This document shows, piece by piece, positions 50,168 to 60,973 of a stretch of 64,000 nt of DNA; position 1 is the stretch's first letter, and every line of letters starts with the position of its first letter. The stretch lies in contig CAWAIF010000003.1 of NCBI GenBank assembly GCA_963782055.1, forward strand, positions 416,001 to 480,000, written 5' to 3'. The stretch comes from an uncultured delta proteobacterium (GTDB taxonomy: Bacteria; Myxococcota_A; Polyangia; Polyangiales; Polyangiaceae). The notes beneath the pieces were generated by a model. That model ran no database searches. It saw nothing but the letters and a program-made list of their open reading frames with translations, and had not been told where the DNA came from. The translations under genes were made by a program, and so were the position numbers.

Positions 50168-52212
50168 GCGACGCGGCCAAGCTCGCACGGCAGCTGGAGA
50201 GCCCCGACCCGGAGACGCGCCGGCTCGCGGTCAAGGACCTGCCGGGCGTGGACGGGGCCCTGGCCGCCGACCTGCTCGTGATCGCGCTCGGCGACGAGGA
50301 CTGGCGCGTGCGCAAGGAGGCGGCGCAGCTCGCGCCGATGCTCGCGCGGCGGGAGGACGCCTTGCGGGCGCTCGGCCGCGCGCTGGACGACAAGACGAAC
50401 GTGGGCCTGCGCAACGCGGCGGTCGAGGCGCTGATCGCCATGGGGCCCGACGCGGTGCCCACCGCCGCCGAGGCGCTGCGGCGGCTGGACGCCGACGGCC
50501 GCAAGCTCGCCGCGGAGGTCCTGGGCGGCGTGCCCGACGTGCGCGGCGCGCGCGCGCTCGCCGCGTGCCTGAAGGACGCCGACCCCAACGTGCGCTACGC
50601 GGCGGCGGAGGCGCTCGGCACCGCCGCGGTGTCCGGCGACGAGGTGCGGCGCGAGGCGATCAAGGGGCTCAGCCACGCGCTCGTGCACGGCGAGCCGGTG
50701 ATGAAGCTCGCGGCGCTGGACGCGCTGCTGCACCTGGACGCGCCGCTGCCCTGGCGCCTGCTCGAGCCGCTCTGCGCCGACCCGATGGTGCGGCGGCGCG
50801 CGATCGGCGCGGCCGCGCGCTGCGCGGAGGACGCCGCCGGCCTGGCGCTCGCGGAGGCCATCTTCGACCCGAGCGCGCCGATCGCGCGCCACGCGCTGGT
50901 GGCGCTCGCCGAGTGGGTCGACGCGGCGTGGTGCGCCGGCCGCCCGCTGGACGCCGTGCGGGCGCGCTTGCAGTCGCACGCCGACGCCGCCGAGCGCGTC
51001 CGCGCGATGGGCCACGCCCAGGGGCCCGCCCTGGTGGCGCTCGCCGCCATCGGGCACCCGGCCGACGCGCCGGCGGTGGTGGAGGCGGCGCTCTCGCCCG
51101 ACCTCGGTCCGAGCGCCGAGCTCGCCCTCGGGATGCTGGGCAGCGCGGCGGTCCCGGCGGTGCTGCAGGCGGCGAAGGGCGCGCCGCCCGAGCGCCGCGC
51201 CGCCCTCTTCGCCCTGCTCACCACGCTCACCGGCGCGCTCACGAGCGAGGCGCTCGACGCGGTGCGTGCCGCGCTCGCGGAGGACCCCGACGTGGCGGCG
51301 TCGGCGGCGCGCACGCTCGGGTCGCTCGGGGACGGGTCGGACCTGGATCGCGTGGCGCCGCTCGTCACGCACCCGGACATCCGCGCCGCGAGCGCCGCGG
51401 TGGCCGCCCTCGCTCGCCTGGCCGAGCGCCACCCGCAGGAGGCGCGCGCGGCCCTCACGCGCTTCGCCGCCGATGACGCGCGGGCCGCCGCCGGGTGCGT
51501 GCTCATCGCGGCGACGCCCCCGCCGGGCCCGCTGGCCGAGCGCGATCTCGCCTTCCTCCGCCGGGCGCTCGCCGCGTCCGACGTGCGCGTGCGCCGCGCG
51601 GCGCTGGAGGCCATCGCCTCGCGTGGCGGTGACGCCGCGCGCGAGCACGTGACGATGGCGCTCGCCGACGAGGAGCGGGAGGTGCGTCTCGCGGCGGTGC
51701 GCGCGCTCGGCCGGCTGGGCCACACCGACGCCCTGGAGACGCTGCTGGGTTCCGCCGCCGACGCCGAGCTCGTCGCCGCGGCGTGCCGCGCACTGGGCGA
51801 CGCCGACCCGGAGCGTTGCGTGCACGTCGTCGCGTCGCTGGTGCGCTCGCCCGACGCCGCCGTCGCCTGCGCCGCGGTGGAGGCCGTGGGTCAGCTCTCG
51901 GTGCCCCGCGCGCGCGACGTGCTCATCGCCGCGCTGGACCACGGCGATCCCGAGGTGGTGCGCCTGGCGCTGAGCGAGATCTCCCGCGTGGGGGACGCGC
52001 GCACCCTCTCGCGGCTGGGCATGTGCCTGGACCACCAGGCGTGGGAGGTGCGCCGGCTCGCCGCCGAGCTGCTCGGCCAGGACGCCTCGAAGGAGGCGCG
52101 GGCGCTGCTGCGGGCGCGCCTGGAGCGGGAGACCGACGCGGTCGTGCGCGAGGCGATCCTCGTCGCGCTCTCCGGCAGTCAGAGCTTCTCCGGGATGCAG
52201 CAGGTGGAGTAG
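50164..52212 (+). CDS. HEAT/PBS-lyase repeat protein
   Basis: Many LxDxDxxVRxxAxxALG repeats, with GTGA coupling to cheW. Confidence 0.88.
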   Translation: MSDAAKLARQLESPDPETRRLAVKDLPGVDGALAADLLVIALGDEDWRVRKEAAQLAPMLARREDALRALGRALDDKTNVGLRNAAVEALIAMGPDAVPTAAEALRRLDADGRKLAAEVLGGVPDVRGARALAACLKDADPNVRYAAAEALGTAAVSGDEVRREAIKGLSHALVHGEPVMKLAALDALLHLDAPLPWRLLEPLCADPMVRRRAIGAAARCAEDAAGLALAEAIFDPSAPIARHALVALAEWVDAAWCAGRPLDAVRARLQSHADAAERVRAMGHAQGPALVALAAIGHPADAPAVVEAALSPDLGPSAELALGMLGSAAVPAVLQAAKGAPPERRAALFALLTTLTGALTSEALDAVRAALAEDPDVAASAARTLGSLGDGSDLDRVAPLVTHPDIRAASAAVAALARLAERHPQEARAALTRFAADDARAAAGCVLIAATPPPGPLAERDLAFLRRALAASDVRVRRAALEAIASRGGDAAREHVTMALADEEREVRLAAVRALGRLGHTDALETLLGSAADAELVAAACRALGDADPERCVHVVASLVRSPDAAVACAAVEAVGQLSVPRARDVLIAALDHGDPEVVRLALSEISRVGDARTLSRLGMCLDHQAWEVRRLAAELLGQDASKEARALLRARLERETDAVVREAILVALSGSQSFSGMQQVE

Positions 52213-52215
52213 GCC

Positions 52216-53091
52216 TTGTCGCGCTCCACCTACATCGGCGGGGTGGCGATGAAGCCGGACGAGTTCCGCCTGCTCCGCGACCTGCTGGCGGCGCGCACCG
52301 GCCTCTCCTTCGGCGCCGACGCGCGCGGCTCGCTCGAGCGGCGCCTGCGCGAGCGGCTGGCGGTGCTGGGCCTCTCCAGCTTCGCCGAGTATTACCACTA
52401 CCTGCGCTTCAACCCGCGCGCGGCGGTGGAGTGGGACGACGCGGTCGAGCTGCTCACCACCAACGAGACCTACTTCTTCCGCGAGGACTACCAGCTCCGC
52501 GCCTTCGCGACCGAGGTGGTGCCCCTGCTCCACGAGCAGGCGCGGGCGCGCAAGCGGCTCGTCGTGTGGAGCGCGGGGTGCTCCACCGGGGAGGAGGCGT
52601 ACACCATCGCCATCCTGCTCTCGCAGTCGGCGCTCTTCGAAGGCTGGGACGTCAAGGTGTTCGGCTCGGACATCTCCAAGCGTTGCATCGCGGTGGCGCG
52701 TCGTGGCGTCTACGGCCCGGCGAGCTTCCGCAGCACCTCCCCCGAGCTCAAGCGCGCGTACTTCCTGGAGCGACCGGAGGGCCACGCGGTGGTGGAGCGG
52801 ATCCGCGGCATGTGCCATTTCGGTTGCATGAACCTGCTGGACGAGGACAAGCCGCGTCTGCTGGGCCGCGCCGACGCCATCTTCTGCCGCAACGTGCTCA
52901 TCTACTTCGACCAGCACGGCCGCCGCCGTGTCATCGACATGTTCCACGAGCGGCTCCACGCCGGCGGCGTGCTGCTGCTGGGCCACTCCGAGTCTCTCTT
53001 GAATGTCACGACGGCGTTCGAGCTGTTACACTTGCGCGAAGACCTCGTGTACAGAAAGCCCCTGGCCGCTCCCGGAAGGCCCAACGAGTGA
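52216..53091 (+). CDS. cheR: Chemotaxis methyltransferase CheR
   Basis: TTNETYFFRE, WSAGCSTGEEAYT, IFCRNVLIYF and LGHSESL. Confidence 0.95.
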   Translation: MSRSTYIGGVAMKPDEFRLLRDLLAARTGLSFGADARGSLERRLRERLAVLGLSSFAEYYHYLRFNPRAAVEWDDAVELLTTNETYFFREDYQLRAFATEVVPLLHEQARARKRLVVWSAGCSTGEEAYTIAILLSQSALFEGWDVKVFGSDISKRCIAVARRGVYGPASFRSTSPELKRAYFLERPEGHAVVERIRGMCHFGCMNLLDEDKPRLLGRADAIFCRNVLIYFDQHGRRRVIDMFHERLHAGGVLLLGHSESLLNVTTAFELLHLREDLVYRKPLAAPGRPNE

Positions 53092-54164
53092 CCGCGACGA
53101 CGAGCAAGCTCCGCGTCCTCATCGTCGACGATTCGGCCTACAACCGCCGGAACATCGCCGAGATCTTCGCGGGGCAAGAGGGCGTGGAGGTCGTCGGCAA
53201 GGCGGCCGACGGCGAGGAGGCGCTGCGCCTGGCGACGCTGCTGCGGCCGGACGTCATCACGCTGGACCTGGAGATGCCGCGCATGGACGGCTTCACCTTC
53301 CTGCGCATCCTGATGGCCAAGCAGCCCACGCCGGTCATCGTCGTCTCCTCCTACGCGCAGAAGGAGAACGTCTTCAAGGCGCTGGAGCTGGGCGCGCTGG
53401 ACTTCGTCACCAAGCCGGACAGGCAGATCGCCCCCGACGCGGAGGGCGTCCGCGAGCAGATCCTGACCAAGGTGAAGCAGCTCCGGGTGGTGCGCCCTCA
53501 CGTGACGCGCGTGATGCCGCGCCGCATCCCCAGCGGCATCTTCGCCGACAGCCCGCCGCTCGCGCCACCGGTCTCGCCGCGGCCGCCGGGCGAGGTGGCG
53601 CCGCGCTTCCTCGTGGCGATCGCCAGCTCGACGGGCGGGCCCAGCGCGTTGCTGGACATATTCAGCCGCGTTCCCTCGAGCACGCCCGCCACCTTCGTCG
53701 TCGCCCAGCACATGCCGGACAAGTTCACGCGGACCTTCGCCGAGCGGCTCGCCAAGCGCGGCGTGGTGCGCGTCTCGGAGGCGCAGGAGGGCGACAGGCT
53801 CTGGGCGCGCACCGGCTTCGTGTGCCCAGGCCGGCAGTGCATGGAGGTGGTCCAGGACGAGGTCAGCATGCGCCTGCGCCTCCTGCCCGCCTCGAGCGCG
53901 GACAAGTACGTCCCGAGCGCGGACCGGTTGCTGCGCTCCGCCGCCATCGCCGGCTCGCGCGCCGTCGGCGTCATCCTCACGGGCATGGGCGACGATGGCG
54001 TCGAGGGTGCCCGCGCCATCCGCGAGGCGGGCGGCACCGTGGTCGTCGAGTCGGCGGAGACGGCGGTCGTCTACGGCATGCCCGGCGCGGCCGTCCGCGC
54101 GGGTGTGGCCTCCCGGGAGATGCCGCTGGGGCAGATAGGCGAGTACCTGGCGCAGCTGGGGTGA
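53088..54164 (+). CDS. cheB: Chemotaxis response regulator methylesterase CheB
   Basis: REC (DVITLDLEMP) plus SSTGGP / QHMP / TGMGDDG catalytic triad. Confidence 0.95.
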   Translation: MTATTSKLRVLIVDDSAYNRRNIAEIFAGQEGVEVVGKAADGEEALRLATLLRPDVITLDLEMPRMDGFTFLRILMAKQPTPVIVVSSYAQKENVFKALELGALDFVTKPDRQIAPDAEGVREQILTKVKQLRVVRPHVTRVMPRRIPSGIFADSPPLAPPVSPRPPGEVAPRFLVAIASSTGGPSALLDIFSRVPSSTPATFVVAQHMPDKFTRTFAERLAKRGVVRVSEAQEGDRLWARTGFVCPGRQCMEVVQDEVSMRLRLLPASSADKYVPSADRLLRSAAIAGSRAVGVILTGMGDDGVEGARAIREAGGTVVVESAETAVVYGMPGAAVRAGVASREMPLGQIGEYLAQLG

Positions 54165-54207
54165 CGACAGAAGCGGGGCGCGTGCGATTGCGCTATCGTT
54201 CGGCGCG

Positions 54208-55602
54208 ATGAGCGACCCCATCGACCGTGACCTTCAACGCCTCCTCGATCTCGGCGACGCCATCGTCGCCCGCGCGACCGAGGGCGGCGCGACTGTTGCA
54301 GAATGCATGCTTCGCACGGGGGCCGAGCTCTCGGCCAAGGTGCGCCTGGGCGAGCCAGAGCTCGTCGAGGAGGCGGGCCACCGCGCCGCCGGCCTGCGCG
54401 TGATGAAGGGCCAGCGCGTTGCCAGCACCTCCACCAGCAATCTCTCGGAGGCCGGCCTCGCGCGCTTCGTGCGCGACGCGCTCGACCTGGTGGAGCTCTC
54501 ACAGGAAGACCCATCCGCCGGCCCCGCCAATCCGAAGCTCCTCTGCGATCCGACGAAGGCGCCCGATCTCGACCTGTACGACCCCAAGGGTGGCGCGGTC
54601 ACCGCGGCGGAGGCCATCGCCTGGGCGAAGAAGGGGGAGGCCGCCGCGCGCGAGTTCGACCCGCGCATCACCAACAGCGAGGGCGCGACCTTCGGACGCA
54701 CCGCCGGCGGGATCGCGCTGGTGCTCTCGGGCGGCTTCCGCGCCGCGTACAAGGGCTCCTACGCGTCGCTCAGCGTCGTGCCGGTCGCCGACGACGCGGG
54801 CGGCAAGAAGCGCCGCGGCTACCACTGGACCGCGCGCCGCTACCTCGCCGACCTGGACGACGCGGAGTCGGTCGGGCGCGAGGCCGCGCGCCGCACCCTG
54901 CGCAAGCTGGGCGCGCGCACGGTCGCCTCCTGCGAGGCGCCCGTCGTCTTCGATCCCGACGCCGCCCGGTCCATCCTGGGCCTGCTCGCGGGGTGCGTCA
55001 TGGGCAGCTCCATCTGGCGCAAGTCGAGCTACCTGCTCGGCCGGGAGGGCACGCGCGTCGCGAGCGATCTCGTCACCGTCATCGACGACCCGCTCCTGCC
55101 GCGCGGGCCGGGGTCGCGCCCCTTCGACGGCGAGGGCCTCGCGAGCCGCAAGAACATGGTCGTGGAGAGGGGCATGCTGCGCACCTACCTCTGCGACAGC
55201 TACGCCGCGCGCAAGCTCTCCCGCGAGAGCACCGGCAGCGCCTCGCGCGGCGGCGGCGCGGGCGTGGGACCGAGCACCAGCAACTTCGTCCTGCAGCCGG
55301 GGACCGACACCAACGAGGCCATCGTCAAGGGCACCAAGCGCGGCCTGTACGTGACCGAGATGATGGGCTTCGGCTTCAACGCCGTCACCGGTGACTTCTC
55401 CCGCGGCGCCAGCGGCTTCTGGATCGAGAACGGCGAGCTCGCCTACCCGGTGAGCGAGCTCACCATCTCGCTCAACGTGGACGATCTCTGGCAGCGCATC
55501 GACGCCGTCGGGTCGGACCTGGACCTGCGCACCGCCACCGCCTCGCCGACGCTGCGCGTCGGCAAGATGACGATCGCCGGCGGCGGCTCCGGCGAGGAGT
55601 GA
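54208..55602 (+). CDS. pmbA: TldD/PmbA family protein (PmbA/TldE-like)
   Basis: FDPRITNSEGA, SRPFDGEG, GFNAVTGDFSRGASGFWIENG and no HExxxH. Confidence 0.85.
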   Translation: MSDPIDRDLQRLLDLGDAIVARATEGGATVAECMLRTGAELSAKVRLGEPELVEEAGHRAAGLRVMKGQRVASTSTSNLSEAGLARFVRDALDLVELSQEDPSAGPANPKLLCDPTKAPDLDLYDPKGGAVTAAEAIAWAKKGEAAAREFDPRITNSEGATFGRTAGGIALVLSGGFRAAYKGSYASLSVVPVADDAGGKKRRGYHWTARRYLADLDDAESVGREAARRTLRKLGARTVASCEAPVVFDPDAARSILGLLAGCVMGSSIWRKSSYLLGREGTRVASDLVTVIDDPLLPRGPGSRPFDGEGLASRKNMVVERGMLRTYLCDSYAARKLSRESTGSASRGGGAGVGPSTSNFVLQPGTDTNEAIVKGTKRGLYVTEMMGFGFNAVTGDFSRGASGFWIENGELAYPVSELTISLNVDDLWQRIDAVGSDLDLRTATASPTLRVGKMTIAGGGSGEE

Positions 55603-55603
55603 C

Positions 55604-55936
55604 GTGTCGCCGGAGGAGATCAAGGCGCTGCGCCGCGAGCTGAAGTGCACCGCCCGCGAGCTCGCCGGCGCGCTCGGCCTGGAGCAGGCCACCGTGCTCA
55701 AGTGGGAGGACGGCGAGCTGTTCCCCACCAGGCAGTACGTCGACAAGATGAACGCCCTCCGCGAGAAGGGCCCGGGCGCGGTCCCGAAGAAGACCAAGGC
55801 GCTCGGCGATCCGATCAAGGCGCTCGGCGATCCGCAGGTCTGGGAGCTGCTCCGCAAGATCGCCGCCCACAAGAAGCTACGCGACGAGGTGGCGAAGCTC
55901 GCCGCCGGCTACCCGGATCCCGCCGGCGATCCGTGA
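55604..55936 (+). CDS. Small XRE-type helix-turn-helix protein
   Basis: IKALRRELKCTARELAGALGLEQATVLKWEDGE. Confidence 0.8.
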   Translation: MSPEEIKALRRELKCTARELAGALGLEQATVLKWEDGELFPTRQYVDKMNALREKGPGAVPKKTKALGDPIKALGDPQVWELLRKIAAHKKLRDEVAKLAAGYPDPAGDP

Positions 55937-56047
55937 CCGGATCGGCGCGGCTCTGCCGTGGAGGGCTCGCGATGCAACGCGTGCAGCCGCCGCAAGGAAT
56001 GCAACGTCTGCCGTGGCCAATGTCCCGAAATGTCGGCACAAGCGGTC

Positions 56048-56063
56048 GGGCACGGGAGGTGCT
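56048..56063 (+). promoter_or_regulatory. Putative sigma-54 promoter of the OmpA lipoprotein gene
   Basis: GGGCACG-GGAG-GTGCT with -24/-12 spacing, and ATGCAACG direct repeats at 55972 and 55999 upstream. Confidence 0.4.
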
Positions 56064-56074
56064 TGAGGGAGGGC

Positions 56075-56629
56075 ATGAAACACCTCACGACCTCGATGCT
56101 CGGCATCCTCTGCCTCGCGCTCGCCGCGTGCGCCAGCGAGACAGGGGCCGTGCAGACCACCTCGGCAACCTTGCCGCCACCCAACGCCCAGGGCGAGTAC
56201 ACCGTCCCCTGGCCGACGTTCGGGCACGGGGAGGCACGCTTCATCACCATCCAGCTCGGGCCGGACACGTACGCCTACTGCCGGAACGTGAGCCCCAAGT
56301 TCCCCTTCGACCAGTCGGTCACGTACGTGCAGTATCGCGACCAGCTCCAGGCGCTCGCCTCGTGCTTGAAGCACCCCGCGATGGAAGGGCGACACGTGGT
56401 GCTCGTCGGCCGCGCGGACTCGCGCGGCCCCGATGACTACAACATCAAGCTCGGGGCGCGTCGGGCGGACGCCATCCGGAAGATCCTCATCGAGTCCGGC
56501 GTCCCGGCGGACCGGATCGAGACCGTGTCGTACGGCGCGCGTGGCGCCAGGGGCATGCTCCCCAGCTACTCCGACGGTTACGACCGGCGCGTCGACGTCG
56601 TCGTCACCGGGGGCACCCACCAGCCGTGA
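56075..56629 (+). CDS. OmpA/Pal-like peptidoglycan-binding lipoprotein
   Basis: Lipobox LAAC and GRADSRGPDDYNIKLGARRA...SYG...DRRVDV. Confidence 0.85.
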   Translation: MKHLTTSMLGILCLALAACASETGAVQTTSATLPPPNAQGEYTVPWPTFGHGEARFITIQLGPDTYAYCRNVSPKFPFDQSVTYVQYRDQLQALASCLKHPAMEGRHVVLVGRADSRGPDDYNIKLGARRADAIRKILIESGVPADRIETVSYGARGARGMLPSYSDGYDRRVDVVVTGGTHQP

Positions 56630-56695
56630 ATTCGAGTCCGAGCCGGGGGCTCGGCCGACGAACGACGACGACCGAGGCCGCAGGCCGAGGGAAGG
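56629..56695 (+). repeat. Dispersed structured repeat, family A, copy 2
   Basis: AATTCGAGTCCGAGCCGGGGGCTCGGCCGACGAACG...ACCGAGGCCGCAGGCCGAGGGAAGG, matching 6720-6787. Confidence 0.85.
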
Positions 56696-56725
56696 CGATG
56701 AAGTGGACGCGCGGGAACGCGGCGC

Positions 56726-57844
<1,119 letters not shown>

Positions 57845-57871
57845 GGTGGGATCTCTCGCGGGGGGGCCGCG

Positions 57872-58654
57872 TCAGTCCTCGAGGGTTTCGGGGGAGGGGG
57901 CGTCGGTCACCTCGACGTACAGCGGCGCGAGGGGCTCGGTCTGCTGCAGGCGTGTCATCCGGAGCCGCGTCATCTCCAGCAAGGCGAGGAAGGTGATGAC
58001 CAGGTCGAACCGGGTCGCCAGGTCGGCGAAGAGCTCGTCGAAGGTCATGCGCTTGCGTGCGCGCAGGACGTCGACGAGCTCGTGGATGCGATCGGTGATG
58101 CTGATGCGGTCGGGCATCACGTCGTGCGCGACCTTCACCTTGGCGCGCGAGAGCACGCGCTGGAAGGCCTCCAGCAGGGAGTAGAGCGGGACCTCCGCGA
58201 GAGGCGGCAGCTCCCCGGTGGGCGCCTCGTCCACCGGCGCGCCGCGGCCGAAGGTGTCGCGCCCGGAGAGGCCGCGCGAGGCGAGCTCCTCCCCGGCGAG
58301 CTTGTACTTCTGGTACTCGAGCAGGCGGCGGATGAGCGCCTCGCGCGGGTCCTCCTCCTCGCCGAGCGCCTCGTCTTCCTGACCAGGCGGCGGGGACGGC
58401 AGGAGCATCTTGCTCTTGATGTGCGCGAGCGTCGCCGCCATCAGCAAGTACTCGCTGGCGACGTCCAGGCTGAGCATCTGCATGACCGCGAGGTACTCCA
58501 GGTACTTCTCGGTCACGAAGCCGATGGGGATGTTCAGGATGTCCAGCTCGTGCTTCTGGCAGAGGTGAAGCAACAGGTCGAGCGGGCCCTCGAAAGCCGG
58601 GAGGCTGACGTGGTAGGCGGCGCTGCCGGCGCCTGTGGGCTCGGGCTCGGACAT
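57872..58654 (-). CDS. scpA: Segregation and condensation protein A
   Basis: FEGPLDLLLHL, ASEYLLMAATLAHIKSKMLLP and TFLALLEM. Confidence 0.95.
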   Translation of the reverse strand: MSEPEPTGAGSAAYHVSLPAFEGPLDLLLHLCQKHELDILNIPIGFVTEKYLEYLAVMQMLSLDVASEYLLMAATLAHIKSKMLLPSPPPGQEDEALGEEEDPREALIRRLLEYQKYKLAGEELASRGLSGRDTFGRGAPVDEAPTGELPPLAEVPLYSLLEAFQRVLSRAKVKVAHDVMPDRISITDRIHELVDVLRARKRMTFDELFADLATRFDLVITFLALLEMTRLRMTRLQQTEPLAPLYVEVTDAPSPETLED

Positions 58655-58704
58655 CGAACGCACCCGTCTACCTTTCGCGCCGCCCGGACTCAAGGGGCAG
58701 GCCC

Positions 58705-59781
58705 CTACTTCGGCGCGGGGCAGGCGGGGGTCGTGTCCTTGCCGGCGAAGAACTCCGCCAGCAGGGCCTTCCAGGCGCGGCCGTTCTCCGGCGGGCCGCA
58801 CTTGAATGGCCTTCCACCCGGGAGGCGCTCGTGGTGGAGCACCGCGCGCTCCTCCTTGTACCAGCGCAGCGCCAGCTCGGCCGCGTACTCGCGGACGGGC
58901 GCGCCGTTGTTCCCCTGGAAGGCGTAATAGGTGCCGCCCCGCACCCTGGTGTCGTTGGGGGCGTAGGGGGCGAGGCACGCCACGTTCATCCGGCCGCACT
59001 TCTTGACGATGGCGTCGTAGTCGGCGGAGAGCGCGCGGTACGACCAGTCGCCGTGGGCGTCGTCGTTCATGTGGAAGATCTCGTGGAAGAGCGTCTCGCG
59101 CACGCCCTTCTCGCTGCGCAGGAGGGAGCCGGCGACGTTGTAGCCGAGCGACCAGCCGATCACAGCCGAGCCCGCGGGCCGCGGACCGCGGGCGTAGGCC
59201 GAGGGCGTCGTACGCCCCACCGACCGCAGGAAGCGGAAGGTGAGCCCGCGCCAGCGGTAAGGCGGGGGGCTGGCGCCGTAGAGATCTGCGTAGAATGCGT
59301 TGAAATCGGCGGCGGCCGCGCGCACCCACTCCAGCTGCTGGCGGTACTTGTCGACGGGCAGCTCCGGCACGAGGTGGATGCGGCCGCGGAAGCCGCCATC
59401 CATCCACTGCTCCTCCTCCAGCCCGGCGACGTCGCCGGTCACCCCGTACAGGTCCAGGGCGACGGCGCGTGCCTTCGGGTGAGGCAGGTAGAGCCGGCCG
59501 ATGAGGCACCGCGTGTCGTGCTTGCACGCCGCCGGTGCGCCGCCCTTCGGGTAGAGCGCGCGCTCCGCCGCCGCGGGATCCACCACCGCCGCCGCGTCGA
59601 GCGCGCCTCCCGCCTCCGGTCCGGCCTCCGTGCCCGCGTCCTCTCCCCCCGCGCCGGTCTCCGGCGGGCGCGCTTGCGCCGCGCGCTGCTCCGCGCTCGG
59701 CCCGGGGGAGGGGCCGGACTTGGGCGTCGTGCACGCGAGCACGGCGAGGAGCGCCGCCGCCGCCGCGTGCGCAAAGGTCAC
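58705..59781 (-). CDS. Lipoprotein with HExxH motif (putative zinc metallopeptidase)
   Basis: Lipobox VLAC, TLFHEIFH and downstream EYAAE, with GTGA coupling to manC. Confidence 0.7.
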   Translation of the reverse strand: MTFAHAAAAALLAVLACTTPKSGPSPGPSAEQRAAQARPPETGAGGEDAGTEAGPEAGGALDAAAVVDPAAAERALYPKGGAPAACKHDTRCLIGRLYLPHPKARAVALDLYGVTGDVAGLEEEQWMDGGFRGRIHLVPELPVDKYRQQLEWVRAAAADFNAFYADLYGASPPPYRWRGLTFRFLRSVGRTTPSAYARGPRPAGSAVIGWSLGYNVAGSLLRSEKGVRETLFHEIFHMNDDAHGDWSYRALSADYDAIVKKCGRMNVACLAPYAPNDTRVRGGTYYAFQGNNGAPVREYAAELALRWYKEERAVLHHERLPGGRPFKCGPPENGRAWKALLAEFFAGKDTTPACPAPK

Positions 59782-60857
59782 AGCAGGTCCGTGCGGCCCG
59801 CGGCGCGCAGCGCGTCGACGATCGCGCGCACGTCCTGCGCGCGGTCGCGCGGGAGCACCAGCACCGCGTCGTCGGTCTCCACCAGCACAAGATCGGAGAC
59901 GCCCAGCAGTGCGTAGGTGCGCTTCGGCCCGGCGCCGCGTCGGTCCCAGACGAGGTTGCCGCGCGCGTCCACCGCCACCGTGCCCTCCGGGACGGCGTTC
60001 TTCGCGGCGTCGTGCGGTGCGAGCTCCCAGCAGCTCAGCCAGCTCCCCACGTCGTTCCAGGTGAAGGTCGCCGGGACCACCGCCAGCCGCCGCTCCTTCT
60101 CCATGATCCCGACGTCGATGGACACCGAGGGCAGGGTGGGGAAGACGTTCGCGAGCGCGGCCGCCTCGTCGCCCCGCGCGGCCGCCGCGTCCAGCGCGGC
60201 CATCGCCGCCGCCACCTCCGGCAGGTGCTCGCGCACGGCGTCCATCATCAGCTTGCCCTGGAAGAAGAACATCCCGGCGTTCCAGAGGTGCTTGCCGCCC
60301 GCCACGTAGCGCTCGGCGAGCGCCAGGTCGGGCTTCTCCACGAAACGCACCACGTCGCGCAGGCCGGGCGAGAGCTCCTCCCCCGTCTCGATGTAGCCGT
60401 AGCCCGTCTCCGGCCGGGTGGGCACCACGCCGATGGTGGTGATGTAGCCGCGTTGCGCGCTCTCCACGGCGCGGTCGAGCGAGGCCACGAAGCCCGCCTC
60501 GTCGGCGATGAAGTGGTCGGCGGGGAAGACCGCCACGACCGCCTCCGGCTCCGCACGCAGGATGGTGGCCGTCGCCCACGCGATGCAGGGCGCGGTGTTG
60601 CGCGGGGCCGGCTCCGCCAGGATGTTGCGGCGTGGGATCTCCGGGAGCGCGCTCGCCGTCGCCTCCACCAGGTGCGCGCCGGTGGCGATGACCATGCGCT
60701 CGTGCGGGACGCGGGCGGCGAGGCGGTTCACGGTGGCGCGCAGCAGCGAGTCGTCGCCGACCAGCGACAGGAGCTGCTTCGGGTGCGCGGCGCGCGACGC
60801 TGGCCAGAAGCGCGTGCCCGCGCCGCCGGCGATGATGACCGCATGAAGGGGCGACAT
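59778..60857 (-). CDS. manC: Mannose-1-phosphate guanylyltransferase
   Basis: AGGAGTRFWPASR...PKQLL, EPAPRNTAP, PADH, TGYGYI, FVEKP, WNAGMF and WNDVGSW. Confidence 0.93.
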   Translation of the reverse strand: MSPLHAVIIAGGAGTRFWPASRAAHPKQLLSLVGDDSLLRATVNRLAARVPHERMVIATGAHLVEATASALPEIPRRNILAEPAPRNTAPCIAWATATILRAEPEAVVAVFPADHFIADEAGFVASLDRAVESAQRGYITTIGVVPTRPETGYGYIETGEELSPGLRDVVRFVEKPDLALAERYVAGGKHLWNAGMFFFQGKLMMDAVREHLPEVAAAMAALDAAAARGDEAAALANVFPTLPSVSIDVGIMEKERRLAVVPATFTWNDVGSWLSCWELAPHDAAKNAVPEGTVAVDARGNLVWDRRGAGPKRTYALLGVSDLVLVETDDAVLVLPRDRAQDVRAIVDALRAAGRTDLL

Positions 60858-60973
60858 GGCCCGGACCGTAGAGCCCTTTTCGGCCGAAGGGAACGGTCCG
60901 CCGCAGGTGGCTCATCCTCCGAAATCGTCGCGGGTTTTTCGACCCCGCGCGCCCGCCGCGGTACTGGTGGCAC

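Noticed and set aside
55604..55936. XRE HTH as a prophage repressor or antitoxin
   Set aside because: There is no neighbouring toxin, integrase or phage gene, and it is tightly coupled to pmbA.
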